Of a DNA stretch of 64,000 nt, positions 36,217-45,433 are shown in pieces. Numbering within the stretch: the first letter of the stretch is position 1; every line of letters starts with the position of its first letter. Origin of the DNA: a virus (Duplodnaviria > Caudoviricetes); IMG/VR virus record IMGVR_UViG_3300020048_000106, positions 1 through 64,000 of that record. One strand, written 5' to 3'. Under the pieces are notes generated by a model that worked only from the letters and a program-made list of their open reading frames with translations, was not told the origin of the DNA and ran no database searches. A program made the position numbers and the translations under genes.

Positions 36217-36851
36217 TGCTCGCACCTCCGAAACTCGACTACCCAAACCCAAGGGTTGGCGGCCCATGATTCGGGGCCGTTAATCGAACGCCATAGCTCC
36301 ATAAAGGCAGCAAAGTAAGAACTCTTCAGCGGATGGACCTGCATGCCGTTGATTTTGCGCGGGCTGAGGTCGATCCGCTCGACGCCTTCGGCCATCGCGT
36401 CCGCTTCGCTGATGTCGTGCAACCGCTCGACGCGAACGCCGGTGATCTCCAGCGTGATGCGCGAGGCCCAGCGTGGCATGTGGATCGATGGCTTCCACTT
36501 GCAAGCAATTACGGATTGGCTTGGGTAATTATCGGCTTTGTAAACCGCACCGGTTTCAGGCGATGGGTCGAACGTAGACATCGGCGCCCACGTCTCCCGC
36601 ACCCAAAGCCGATCGCCGGGCTTGCCGTAGGGGCATTTCAAATAGTTGGCCCATTCCTTTACGCGACTCACGCCGACGCCCAGCCATCCATCTGCACAGA
36701 TATTTCCCTCCCAGCCGAGTGCCTCGTGGTCGCCGAAATGAACCATACTCGGCTGCGGCTTGATGATCCGCCGCGTCTGCGTCTTGCGACCGTCAAGGAT
36801 CGCTCGCACCATAAGGCCGCTGAATAGGATCGGACGTTCTTTCATTGTCAT
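36213..36851 (-). CDS. ASCH/PUA-like phage protein
   Basis: ERPILFSGLMVRAILDGRKTQTRR, GDRLWVRETW, PSIHMPRWASRI, NPWVWVVEF. Confidence 0.85.
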   Translation of the reverse strand: MTMKERPILFSGLMVRAILDGRKTQTRRIIKPQPSMVHFGDHEALGWEGNICADGWLGVGVSRVKEWANYLKCPYGKPGDRLWVRETWAPMSTFDPSPETGAVYKADNYPSQSVIACKWKPSIHMPRWASRITLEITGVRVERLHDISEADAMAEGVERIDLSPRKINGMQVHPLKSSYFAAFMELWRSINGPESWAANPWVWVVEFRRCEQ

Positions 36852-38516
36852 CGTGTCGCCCCTTGCCGTTCGCGGATCTGGTTTTCCTCAGCCTTGCGGT
36901 CTTTCAAGAACTTCCCGAAGCTGTTCTTCGGGTTCTCGATCGCGTGGGTGATCGCAGCGCTCGCCGATCTCTTGTTCATCGTTGACACTTGGGCGTCGGT
37001 GAACCCGAGCTTGCCAAGCATTCGCGACTGGGACTCGGTCACCGGCTGGCGGGTCATGTACCCGGGCATCGCACACGATGTCGGAACTGTGGAGAGGTCG
37101 TACAGCGTTCCGCCTGTTCGCTGGAGCTCGTACCGGACCCCGACCGTGACCTTCTTGCGTCGCGCTTCCTCGATTCGCTTGGCTTCCTCCTGTGCTGCCG
37201 CGATCGCTTCGAGTGACGACCCGTCGAAGTCGTTCTTCTGCATCTCCTTCGCGCGCTCGAGCGTTTCTTCTGGGATGTTGCCGGCCAGGATGTCGGTCGT
37301 GCAAATTAACTGGTGCCTTCCCGCTTGGCCGATGAAGTCAAGGACATGGCAGTCTGGCTTCGCACTCGCCTTGATCGCAGCGATTCGCGACGCGGCATCC
37401 ATCCCTTCGTCGTCGATCGTTCCCGGAAGCGGCCGAGTGCCGCGGCCCACCATCTGGGTGTAGAGCGCGCGGCTCTTGGTCGGGCGCCCGATCGCGATCA
37501 ACCTGACCCGGGGAGCGTCGAAGCCTTCGGTGGCGACCCCGCAATTCACCAGATACTGGATCCGGCCGGCTTTGAAGTCACTCACGATCTGCTTGCGTCG
37601 CGGGTCTTGCGGGCTGAGCGACCCGTCAATGGCCATCGCAGTATCTGACAACACCGACCCGAACTCGCGGAAGTGATAGTCGCGGATCAACTCAGCAAGC
37701 CGGTGGGCCTGGTGAACGGATGCCGTGAAGACGATCGCCTGTTCGCCCTTCGCAACCTGGACGATTGGCTGAGCCATCGCGTGGAGCACTTCTTCGGCCT
37801 CCACCGCAACGGCCAGCTCGGCGTCGACCAAGTCACCGCCGCGCGTCGCCATCTGAGAGAAATCGAGCCCATCAATCCTTACGAAATGCTGGACTGGCTC
37901 AACCAGATACCCGTTTTGAATGCCCCAGAGGATGTCATAATTTCCGACAACCTGCTGGAAGACACACCCCATCCCGATCCCGTCGAGGCGATCGGGCGTG
38001 GCGGTCACCCCGACCACTCGCAAGTCGGGGTTGTTTTTCAGGAAGTAATCGACCACCCGTCGGTACGTTTCGGCAGCGGCTCGGTGGGCTTCGTCGATCA
38101 GGATCAGGCCGAAGTCCTTGGGATCGAACTTCTCGAACCGGTAGAACCCTTTGCTGCGGCTGTTCAAACTTTGGACGGACGCGACGACGATTCGATGCCT
38201 GGCACCGAACCGGTCCGCACGCATCGCCGCCTGTTCCAGCCCGACCTCTTCGTCGCAAATGTGTTCGAACGACTTCAGCGCCTGTTGATTCAGCTCAAAA
38301 CGGTGCGCTATCATCATGATTCTCCCGCGCGGCCAATGCCTCGCGAGACCGCCCATCATCACGGTCTTCCCGAGCCCGGTCGCTGCTACAAGCAAGCACG
38401 ACCGGGTCGTCTGGTGGTCCTGCTGGAGTAATACGGAAGGCACCGAAGATGTCGGCAAGGGCGTCGAGCTGGTAGTCTCGGAATCGAACAGGCTCTGGTT
38501 TAGGTCCATTGGTCAT
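36848..38516 (-). CDS. SF2 DEAD/DEAH-box helicase, N-terminus frameshifted
   Basis: ATGLGKT, DEAH, TATPDRLD, EGFDAP, QMVGRGTR in 36848..38509; Q-motif RFRDYQ is in the 38295..38516 frame. Confidence 0.85.
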
Positions 38517-38525
38517 GGCTCTTTC

Positions 38526-39485
38526 TTAGCGTTGGTGGTTGATCGATCTCTGGGCTGATTTATTCAACCAGCCCATGTTTCCGCAGTCCGGGCATTTTTT
38601 GCCCTCACACTTTGGGCACGGCATTGCGGGCAGGTAGCCCGACAATGCGTTCGCGGCCGACTCGAGATGCCGCAGGATCGAGTCCTTGCGTGATGTCACG
38701 ATGTCGAGCCCGTGTAGTGGTGGCAGGTCTCGGAGCGACTTCATGGCGTTTCTGATCTGCTGCAGCACCTTCTGGCCATGCACGCCGTTCTCGAGGGCTC
38801 GCTCGACTTCCTGCATGGCTTCGGACAGGACTGGCTTAGCTGCTGCTTCTGCGGCCTTCTTGGCTTCTTCCTCCTTCGCCTTCTTCTTTGCCGCTTCCTC
38901 CTTCGCCTTCTTTCGGGCTGCCCGCATGGTGATTGCTCCGCCGTTGGCAATTGCTTCAGCCGACAGCTCGGCGACAACCGCGGCTGCCGCGGCTGCGGGA
39001 AGGCCGACAAGCTCAGCGGCAGCCGATGGTGAAATAGCTGCCATCATGGCTGTTGCTTCTGGTGTCGATTCTTGGACAGAATGTCTCGTCGCCGAGACAT
39101 TCTGAGCCGGGTCATCAACAGGGCCAGGCATAGCTTCAGGTTCGGGCGTTTGCGTCTGCGCGGCGATTGTCTTCATGAACTCATGCGACTGCCTGAGCCT
39201 GTAAGCCGTCTGCCGATGAACGCCCAGCCGTTCGCTGCAATAGTCAGCAAACCTGCCGTACCCGACCGTCTTATAGAGCCGACGGTCGATAATCTCCGCG
39301 ATCGCCGCGGCGCTCTCCCATGCCGCATCGCCATACTTTTGCAAGATGGCCTCGCACTGCGCGAGCGCGTCGGTTTCGTTGTCCGCAGCCGTAAAGACCA
39401 ACTGCGGGACTTCGTTGTCGTTCACGATCTCGCCTTTGATCGAGGCTGCTGGGATGGTGATGCTGGCAATGGGAGTGACTGGCAT
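38526..39485 (-). CDS. DNA-binding phage protein (helical N-domain, C-terminal Zn finger)
   Basis: IIDRRLYK..YGRFADYC.ERLG..RQTAYRL; CPKC..CPDC; carries palindrome copy 2. Confidence 0.65.
   Translation of the reverse strand: MPVTPIASITIPAASIKGEIVNDNEVPQLVFTAADNETDALAQCEAILQKYGDAAWESAAAIAEIIDRRLYKTVGYGRFADYCSERLGVHRQTAYRLRQSHEFMKTIAAQTQTPEPEAMPGPVDDPAQNVSATRHSVQESTPEATAMMAAISPSAAAELVGLPAAAAAAVVAELSAEAIANGGAITMRAARKKAKEEAAKKKAKEEEAKKAAEAAAKPVLSEAMQEVERALENGVHGQKVLQQIRNAMKSLRDLPPLHGLDIVTSRKDSILRHLESAANALSGYLPAMPCPKCEGKKCPDCGNMGWLNKSAQRSINHQR
39061..39103. repeat. 43-bp repeat containing palindrome copy 2
   Basis: Identical to 60929..60971; includes AGAATGTCTCG-TCGC-CGAGACATTCT. Confidence 0.95.
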
Positions 39486-39487
39486 GG

Positions 39488-40621
39488 TTACTTGCTGCGG
39501 CTTCGGGGTTTCTTTACTTCGATCGGGAGTGGAGTTGGCGGTTCGGGCGGGGCTTCGAGCAGCCGGGTATTCTGGAAGACCGAGTCCATCAGCATTCGCA
39601 GTTGAGTGTCGATGTCGCGTGCCATTGCCTTGCCGCGATCACTCCGCATAGCCGGAATCCTCAGCCAGGCTTGGCCAAGGACATCTTTAACAAACGTCCG
39701 GATGTCAATGGCATCACGCTCTCGCTCCTGCTGCTCACCGATGGCAACGATTGGCTCGATCGGATCATCGTCCAGCGGCGTCACCGTGTCAATCGTCGGT
39801 TTGGGCTCGACGATCATCCCCAACTTCTCAACCAGCGAGTCCGTGACTTCCGAAATGACATCCCGGATGATCTCGTCGTCGGTGGTTGCTGCTGGCAATG
39901 GTTCGAGTGGCGGGCCGAGAACCATGACGGGCATCCGATCCCTTTCGGCTTGCCGCTTGACTTGTTCCAGCTCTGCGCGGAGCTGATCCATCTCGGCCTG
40001 TTGTTGCCGCATCCGCTCGGCTTCCGCGGCCTGGGTTTTCAACTGCTCCTGCAATCGCTTCGATTCGGCGATCGCATCGGCCATCTTCTGACGCTGGGCA
40101 GCCATCTCGGCTTCTCGCTCCGAAGCGGCTCTCGCCAAGGCTTCTTCGACGGCCTGCTTGCGGGCGGCCTCGGCTTCTTCTTCCAGCCGCCGCCGTTCCT
40201 CTGCGATCCGGGCCTGCTTCTCGGCCTCCTTACGTTCGGCGTAGACCTTCCGCGAGTCCTCGATCGGCTTCTGGATCTCGTCCAAAACCGCGAACCATCG
40301 CTTGGCTTCCTCGTCAACGAATCGACCGTACTCGAGGGCGCCTCGCTTCAAATCCTGGCGGCGGGCTTCGATCTGGGCCCGCCACGATCGGATCTCGCCG
40401 CACGCGCTCTGAGCGATCTTCTCGTCGCCGGGGCTGACGATGTATGTCGGAAGGTCACCGAATCGATCCATCAGCGCTTCTTTGAGAACATCGGGCGACC
40501 GGAAGGCCGACATCCCCAGTTCACCGGGAATGATCCCGACCGAGTAGTCGACATTGCTGCCGTCCCATGGGTTTTTGCCGGATTGCTTGTTGGCGATTCG
40601 TTTGGTGAAGGCGGTACTCAC
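39488..40621 (-). CDS. coiled-coil recombination-module protein
   Basis: RAQIEARRQDLKR..VDEEAK pattern followed by a long coiled coil. Confidence 0.65.
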   Translation of the reverse strand: MSTAFTKRIANKQSGKNPWDGSNVDYSVGIIPGELGMSAFRSPDVLKEALMDRFGDLPTYIVSPGDEKIAQSACGEIRSWRAQIEARRQDLKRGALEYGRFVDEEAKRWFAVLDEIQKPIEDSRKVYAERKEAEKQARIAEERRRLEEEAEAARKQAVEEALARAASEREAEMAAQRQKMADAIAESKRLQEQLKTQAAEAERMRQQQAEMDQLRAELEQVKRQAERDRMPVMVLGPPLEPLPAATTDDEIIRDVISEVTDSLVEKLGMIVEPKPTIDTVTPLDDDPIEPIVAIGEQQERERDAIDIRTFVKDVLGQAWLRIPAMRSDRGKAMARDIDTQLRMLMDSVFQNTRLLEAPPEPPTPLPIEVKKPRSRSK

Positions 40622-41136
40622 TGGTCAGCTTCCTCTTTTTGAGGGGGTTGGGGCGTGGTGGAAACGGTTGTCGACTGAGATTTGTGCTGCCGTTCGACTT
40701 CGGCAGCGATTGCAGCCTGTGCAGCTGACATTGGCAGCCCTGTGGCTACCATCCCGTAGTCCTTTTTCGGGATGAACGGCTTGACCCCGGTGTCAGGCAG
40801 CGCGAGGCGGATCGCCGCGACGTTGGTCTGTCCGAGGCACTTTTCAAGGACACACACCCGCAGTCGGATCGTCTTGCCGATCCAATCCGCGGGGACGTCC
40901 GATCCCGTCGCATAGTTCATCAAGCGACGGTTGGTTTTGCTGAGGATCAATCGCTTCTTTGCGTTCTTGAACACGAGGATCGGCTTGTCGATCGGGGTGC
41001 CGTCGGCTGACTTGGCTTGGCCGGCGTCAAACACTTCGGCGATAACGAGATCGAACTCCTTGAAGACATTCCCCTTGGCGAGGTCTTCTGCTTTCAGATA
41101 CTCGATTCCTGGGCTCTTGGCTCCACGCATGCTCAC
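40618..41136 (-). CDS. ssDNA-binding/annealing-like protein
   Basis: YLKAEDL..KPILVF..KRLILSKTN..DWIGKTIRL, next to an exonuclease. Confidence 0.6.
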   Translation of the reverse strand: MSMRGAKSPGIEYLKAEDLAKGNVFKEFDLVIAEVFDAGQAKSADGTPIDKPILVFKNAKKRLILSKTNRRLMNYATGSDVPADWIGKTIRLRVCVLEKCLGQTNVAAIRLALPDTGVKPFIPKKDYGMVATGLPMSAAQAAIAAEVERQHKSQSTTVSTTPQPPQKEEADQ

Positions 41137-42098
41137 AGTTCGTCCCCCGATGCAAGGTCTTCGTCGGACACTTCGTCAGCGTCCCAGTCATAAGCCGCGC
41201 CGTCGTCCTGACCGGCTCGGCCACCGAACGCGATGTCCAGCAGCGAGACAGTCAGCTCGCCTTTGTCGCGTCCTGGCCAGTGGTTTGTCTCCATTGCCAG
41301 CCTGTAGTCGAGGATCGTGCTGCAGACTTCCGCGAAGGCCTCGTCCAGCTTGTCGGCAGGGACCGGAAAGACCACTGCGTCAAACGGTGGTTTCTTCTCC
41401 TGGGCGATGATCTCGACCTCGAGCGATCGACCAAGACTCTGGCGAACAAGCTCGCGATAGATTGACAGCTTGTGGGCGTACCGCAGGTTGCGAAACTGAA
41501 CGCTAAACTTCCACGGATCGGCCGTGACGGTCGTCTTGATGTCGCCGATCGTGTCCGTTTGCAGCAGGTCGATCCTGCCCTTGAACCGGATCCCCTCGAT
41601 AACCCCGGTGACCGTGATTTCCGGGATCGAAGTCTTCACCAGCTCGGACGCCCGCGGGTTGGCGTGCAATGCGATCACGGCCTTGAGGGCTCGTTGATAC
41701 TGCTCGTCGGTCAGCACGGTCTTGCCCGGGTTGGCCTCAAGGAACTCGCGGATCTTGCCTTGGCAATAGCTCGTCGTTGTAGCCTTCGACTCTTTGCCGT
41801 TCTGTGTGCAGTTCTCCGGGTCCAAGTGGAACGGCGGGATGACTGCGAAATCTCGCTTGAACGTGTGTGGCTCAAGCGTCAATGCGTGGATGCCAGTGCC
41901 GAGCCGCATGTCGTTGCTCGGCTCCATCCCTGGGCCTGTCATGGCGTACAGAAGGTGCTTCCGGCTTTCCATGCCGTACACAATGGTCGACGGGTTTACG
42001 CGACGGACTGCTCGGTATTCATCCCACGTAAGATTGTGGATGGCCGTGCCAAGTTCGTCATTTACCGTCCCGAGAAAAGCTGCCTGGGTGGTGCCCAT
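41133..42098 (-). CDS. PD-(D/E)XK exonuclease VIII-like (DUF3799-like)
   Basis: MRLGTGIHALTLEP, KGRIDLL, GDIKTT, Y..KLSIY. Confidence 0.85.
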   Translation of the reverse strand: MGTTQAAFLGTVNDELGTAIHNLTWDEYRAVRRVNPSTIVYGMESRKHLLYAMTGPGMEPSNDMRLGTGIHALTLEPHTFKRDFAVIPPFHLDPENCTQNGKESKATTTSYCQGKIREFLEANPGKTVLTDEQYQRALKAVIALHANPRASELVKTSIPEITVTGVIEGIRFKGRIDLLQTDTIGDIKTTVTADPWKFSVQFRNLRYAHKLSIYRELVRQSLGRSLEVEIIAQEKKPPFDAVVFPVPADKLDEAFAEVCSTILDYRLAMETNHWPGRDKGELTVSLLDIAFGGRAGQDDGAAYDWDADEVSDEDLASGDEL

Positions 42099-42148
42099 TT
42101 CATGTCCTCAAGGGAAGTGAGCCAGCACGCTGCTGGCCTTGTGCTCGA

Positions 42149-42177
42149 ATCTTACCGAGTGGAGACGCCGTGTCAAC
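42149..42177 (-). promoter_or_regulatory. promoter of the recombination module with TTGACAC motif
   Basis: GTTGACACGGCGTC; TTGACA-N16-TAAGAT. Confidence 0.65.
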
Positions 42178-42191
42178 CGTGGTCGGCAAAA

Positions 42192-42650
42192 TTATTCTTT
42201 GGACAGGTCTTCCGCCACCCGGCGGAGGATCATTGCGATGCGTGGCTCGGTCTTTTCCATGTGCTCGGCGGCGATCTCGACCAGCTCCTTAGCTGCGCGA
42301 TGCACTTGGGCGGACCGCCGCTTGATGTCCTCGAGGACATGCGACCTGATCGCGCCGGCATCGACCATGGACACGATTGCCTGTTCGATAATTTTCGTGG
42401 AAGCCGCCATCTGCTTGGTGGCTTCCTGCGTTTGTTTCGCGAACTCGACGTGGTTGTCGTATGAGTTTTCTTGAGCTTTAGCCAGTCGTGTCGCCAACCT
42501 CAAGTGTGCGCGGATCATAAACCACCCAGCCACCCCCGCAGCGACCAACAGCACGACGCTGAGCATCGCTCCGAATCCGTGGTCCCTGCCAACTGCTAGG
42601 GCTGCTTCTGCTGCTGCGTCCATGTGTACTTCCGTGCTTGGGAGGTTCAT
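42192..42650 (-). CDS. membrane protein (TM plus coiled coil), holin/spanin-like
   Basis: GFGAMLSVVLLVAAGVAGWFMI TM then coiled coil. Confidence 0.55.
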   Translation of the reverse strand: MNLPSTEVHMDAAAEAALAVGRDHGFGAMLSVVLLVAAGVAGWFMIRAHLRLATRLAKAQENSYDNHVEFAKQTQEATKQMAASTKIIEQAIVSMVDAGAIRSHVLEDIKRRSAQVHRAAKELVEIAAEHMEKTEPRIAMILRRVAEDLSKE

Positions 42651-42663
42651 TGGCTGGTCCTGG

Positions 42664-43251
42664 CTATCGGAATCGACGTTGTGGCGGACATTGGCCGCCT
42701 GGACATCCGCTGCTGACGATAGTTCTAGCCGATGGCTGCCGGATTGTGGTGGGATAAGTCACCCGTTGGCCTTCGTGCTCACTGTTGTGGATCGCGTTGA
42801 GCTGGTCGAGCGACATGCTGTCAAGTGACCCCTGTGCGTGCCGGCCGTGGTTTTGGCCGTCGGTGTAGAGATGGCTCAGTAAAGCGGCGCGGGTCCATGG
42901 CTCGCCGCTTTTCAACCAATTACTGCCGCTGAAAATCGAAACGGCTGGCGGAGATTGATGTAGCGACTCGACATTGAGGTTGCATTTGCACGGTTGGCCG
43001 GACTGGCAGCCGCAAGTGCAAAGCGAGGAACACGAGCATGACTTGACCATCGCGGGCTGCTTGGCAGGCACGACGGCGGGTTTGGGGTCGGTGAGGATCG
43101 CAGCAATGGCCGGGACTGAGGCCGCCGGCGAGGCGGCCTCCACGATGGGGTCGGGCGCTTTTAAGCTCTCAACCGGCGGCCTCAGAAGCCCGGATAACGC
43201 TGCGATGAACAAAATGGTTGACGACACGGTTCGAACGAAGGCGGACAGCAT
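42664..43251 (-). CDS. exported Cys-rich protein
   Basis: Signal-like N-terminus; CSCSSLCTCGCQSGQPCKC; CPGGQCP. Confidence 0.6.
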   Translation of the reverse strand: MLSAFVRTVSSTILFIAALSGLLRPPVESLKAPDPIVEAASPAASVPAIAAILTDPKPAVVPAKQPAMVKSCSCSSLCTCGCQSGQPCKCNLNVESLHQSPPAVSIFSGSNWLKSGEPWTRAALLSHLYTDGQNHGRHAQGSLDSMSLDQLNAIHNSEHEGQRVTYPTTIRQPSARTIVSSGCPGGQCPPQRRFR

Positions 43252-43253
43252 GG

Positions 43254-44132
43254 CTAAGCTCCTAGCTTCGGGGGTTGTGGTGCGGTCGGATCAGGTGTCA
43301 CCGCCCTGATCGCGTAGAACAGGTGGTGCTTCACGGTTGATGCGTAATGGGCTCCCCAGCGGGTCCAGGCGACGCCATCGAGCCCCCAGCCGAGTCCGTG
43401 GCTGTTGACCATGCGGAAGTCGTACTGGTCAGTGCCGGTTACCCGGACGTCGTCCACAAGGACCGCGTGATTGCCCACGCCACTGTTTCCCACGAGCACG
43501 TCGCCGTTCAGCCGACGCCATGCGCCGCCAACGTGGATTGCCACGCCAATAACGAACTGCAGAGCTGCCGCGGCCGCCAGCTCGAACGGGGTCGAAACTT
43601 GATGGTACTCGAGGGCCCGGAACCGGTGCCGCTCTTTCTTGGCCGCATCGGGAAGGCTTGACTCGGTGTAGAACCTACCGGCTGTGTTCAGGCCTTCCGG
43701 CGCTACTCCGGTCCGAAGCATCGCCTTGATGTTGTTCTCCAAGCCCGACCCGCGATCACGGCCCCCGTTCGTCTGAGCGTAGAGCGATTCGCCGCTGAGA
43801 AACACCGGCGCCATCCCGGCCCACACGCGAGCCCTTGCTAACGCCCACGCCCCGGCGTACCCAGCACACGATCCGACGCTCCCCTGCGACCGCGTCCACT
43901 GTTTTGCTGGGAACATCTTGGCCGCGGGGGTGCGGTGCGGGTTCGCCAGGATCTCAACGATGTCTTTGTGGTCGCGAACGCCCGCAGAGTCAGCGAGCGA
44001 CGACATCGGGAAAATCTGCGACTCCCGCTCATGCGGAATCCATAGCCCGGTCGCGAACTGCTCGCCGTCAACCGTAATGAATGGCCGGTCCGGAACCTCG
44101 TAGTCGCGTCCGTCGATCGTTTCAGTGGCCAT
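43254..44132 (-). CDS. papain-like (C1) cysteine peptidase
   Basis: SQGSVGSCAG (Q, C), GNHAV (H), VNSHGLGWG (N). Confidence 0.85.
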   Translation of the reverse strand: MATETIDGRDYEVPDRPFITVDGEQFATGLWIPHERESQIFPMSSLADSAGVRDHKDIVEILANPHRTPAAKMFPAKQWTRSQGSVGSCAGYAGAWALARARVWAGMAPVFLSGESLYAQTNGGRDRGSGLENNIKAMLRTGVAPEGLNTAGRFYTESSLPDAAKKERHRFRALEYHQVSTPFELAAAAALQFVIGVAIHVGGAWRRLNGDVLVGNSGVGNHAVLVDDVRVTGTDQYDFRMVNSHGLGWGLDGVAWTRWGAHYASTVKHHLFYAIRAVTPDPTAPQPPKLGA

Positions 44133-44134
44133 GG

Positions 44135-44521
44135 TTACTCCTGCCGAAGGATCCTGCGGACGTCGTCACGGCTCTCGGGGAGGCGGCCGCTGCGGAGCAA
44201 TTTGTCATTGCTGATGAACAGGTAGGCTGGGAGCCCCGCAGCGTCCGCCGTGGCCCGATATGGAGCTGCATCCGGCAGATCCTTGTCATACACCCGGTAC
44301 TGGATGCCGATCGACTTCGCTTCTTCCCACAACGCCGCATCTGCGATGATCCCAGCGACCGCCCCGGTTCGCTCCGAAGATTCCTCAACGATTACGAACC
44401 AGGGATCGATCAACTCGACTTTTTGGCTGAACACCCCGCCGCCGATGGGCGGAAGCCATCCCATCTCTGATCCGCCGACAAACAACAGGGCGATCAGCGC
44501 GAGGCGTTGCACAAGCGACAT
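44135..44521 (-). CDS. membrane-anchored thioredoxin-fold-like protein without CxxC
   Basis: N-terminal hydrophobic helix; YDKD..GLPAYLFI. Confidence 0.5.
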   Translation of the reverse strand: MSLVQRLALIALLFVGGSEMGWLPPIGGGVFSQKVELIDPWFVIVEESSERTGAVAGIIADAALWEEAKSIGIQYRVYDKDLPDAAPYRATADAAGLPAYLFISNDKLLRSGRLPESRDDVRRILRQE

Positions 44522-44524
44522 GGC

Positions 44525-44860
44525 CTAGCCTCGGCGGGTTGTGGTCGGTTCCGCCGGTTTGCCGAACAAGAGACGACCCGCGGCGCGGGCTTCTTCGGCA
44601 CCGTCTTGATCTCCGAGTCCATCGAAGTAGGCAACGACCTCTTCCACGGCGCGGAACGCTTGGGCTCGCTTCTCCGCCTCCTTCTCGGCTTCGGTCAATT
44701 CGTCCGACCGGAGGATGTCGAGTTCGTCCTCGAACTGCTTGCGGGTGGAACGCTGCTGCTGCAACTGCGCCAGCTTCCCACGGTTTGCCCATAGGAATCG
44801 CACGGCTGGCTCACCGATCAGCACTAAGAGGGCAACGCCCCCGATAATCCACGTTGTCAT
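44525..44860 (-). CDS. membrane-anchored hypothetical protein
   Basis: N-terminal TM WIIGGVALLVLIG. Confidence 0.6.
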   Translation of the reverse strand: MTTWIIGGVALLVLIGEPAVRFLWANRGKLAQLQQQRSTRKQFEDELDILRSDELTEAEKEAEKRAQAFRAVEEVVAYFDGLGDQDGAEEARAAGRLLFGKPAEPTTTRRG

Positions 44861-45168
44861 TCGGAGGAATCCTCGGCGACACTGGCAACCAGGGCCGTCA
44901 GCTCCGGATCTTCATCCGTGTTGGTCGCTGCGGTGAAGCTGGCCTGCCGTTCCTGGTACTTCTGCCAAACGGTCCAGAGCGCCATCAGCACCTGGACAAA
45001 AAGCAAGATCTCGGCGACGCCGAAGCCTGTTCGCTTTTGTGCGTATCGCCGGGCCTGCTTCCGGGCGTCGCGACGGCTCATTTTGCCGTCGAACATCTCG
45101 GCAAGGTCGGGCCGATAATTCTGAACCTCGGCTTGAACGCGAGGTTGGTCCGCGAGTCGCTTATTCAT
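44857..45168 (-). CDS. membrane protein
   Basis: ATG 45168; FGVAEILLFVQVLMALWTVW. Confidence 0.55.
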   Translation of the reverse strand: MNKRLADQPRVQAEVQNYRPDLAEMFDGKMSRRDARKQARRYAQKRTGFGVAEILLFVQVLMALWTVWQKYQERQASFTAATNTDEDPELTALVASVAEDSSE

Positions 45169-45370
45169 TGGTTGGGGTGGTGGCGTGGCTGGCCAACCAT
45201 TTCCTCGCGTAGTTGAGTGCGACGCTCGCCGCGGCGGCGATGGCCAACAGCACGCCGTCACCGCTCGACTGCATCGCGGGGATAACCGCGGTCGCCACGT
45301 AGGTGATGACAGCACCGCCGGCCGCGATCAAGGCCCCGCGTCCAATGCTTTTCCAATCGTTCATGCCCAT
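45161..45370 (-). CDS. holin-like two-TM protein
   Basis: 69 aa, two TM helices, GGAG SD, first gene after the TTGACAC motif at 45425. Confidence 0.55.
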   Translation of the reverse strand: MGMNDWKSIGRGALIAAGGAVITYVATAVIPAMQSSGDGVLLAIAAAASVALNYARKWLASHATTPTNE

Positions 45371-45433
45371 CGTTTGATTCTCCGGATTAGTGACTGCCGA
45401 TTCGTTTGGTCTGAGTCTATAGGCGGCACGGTG

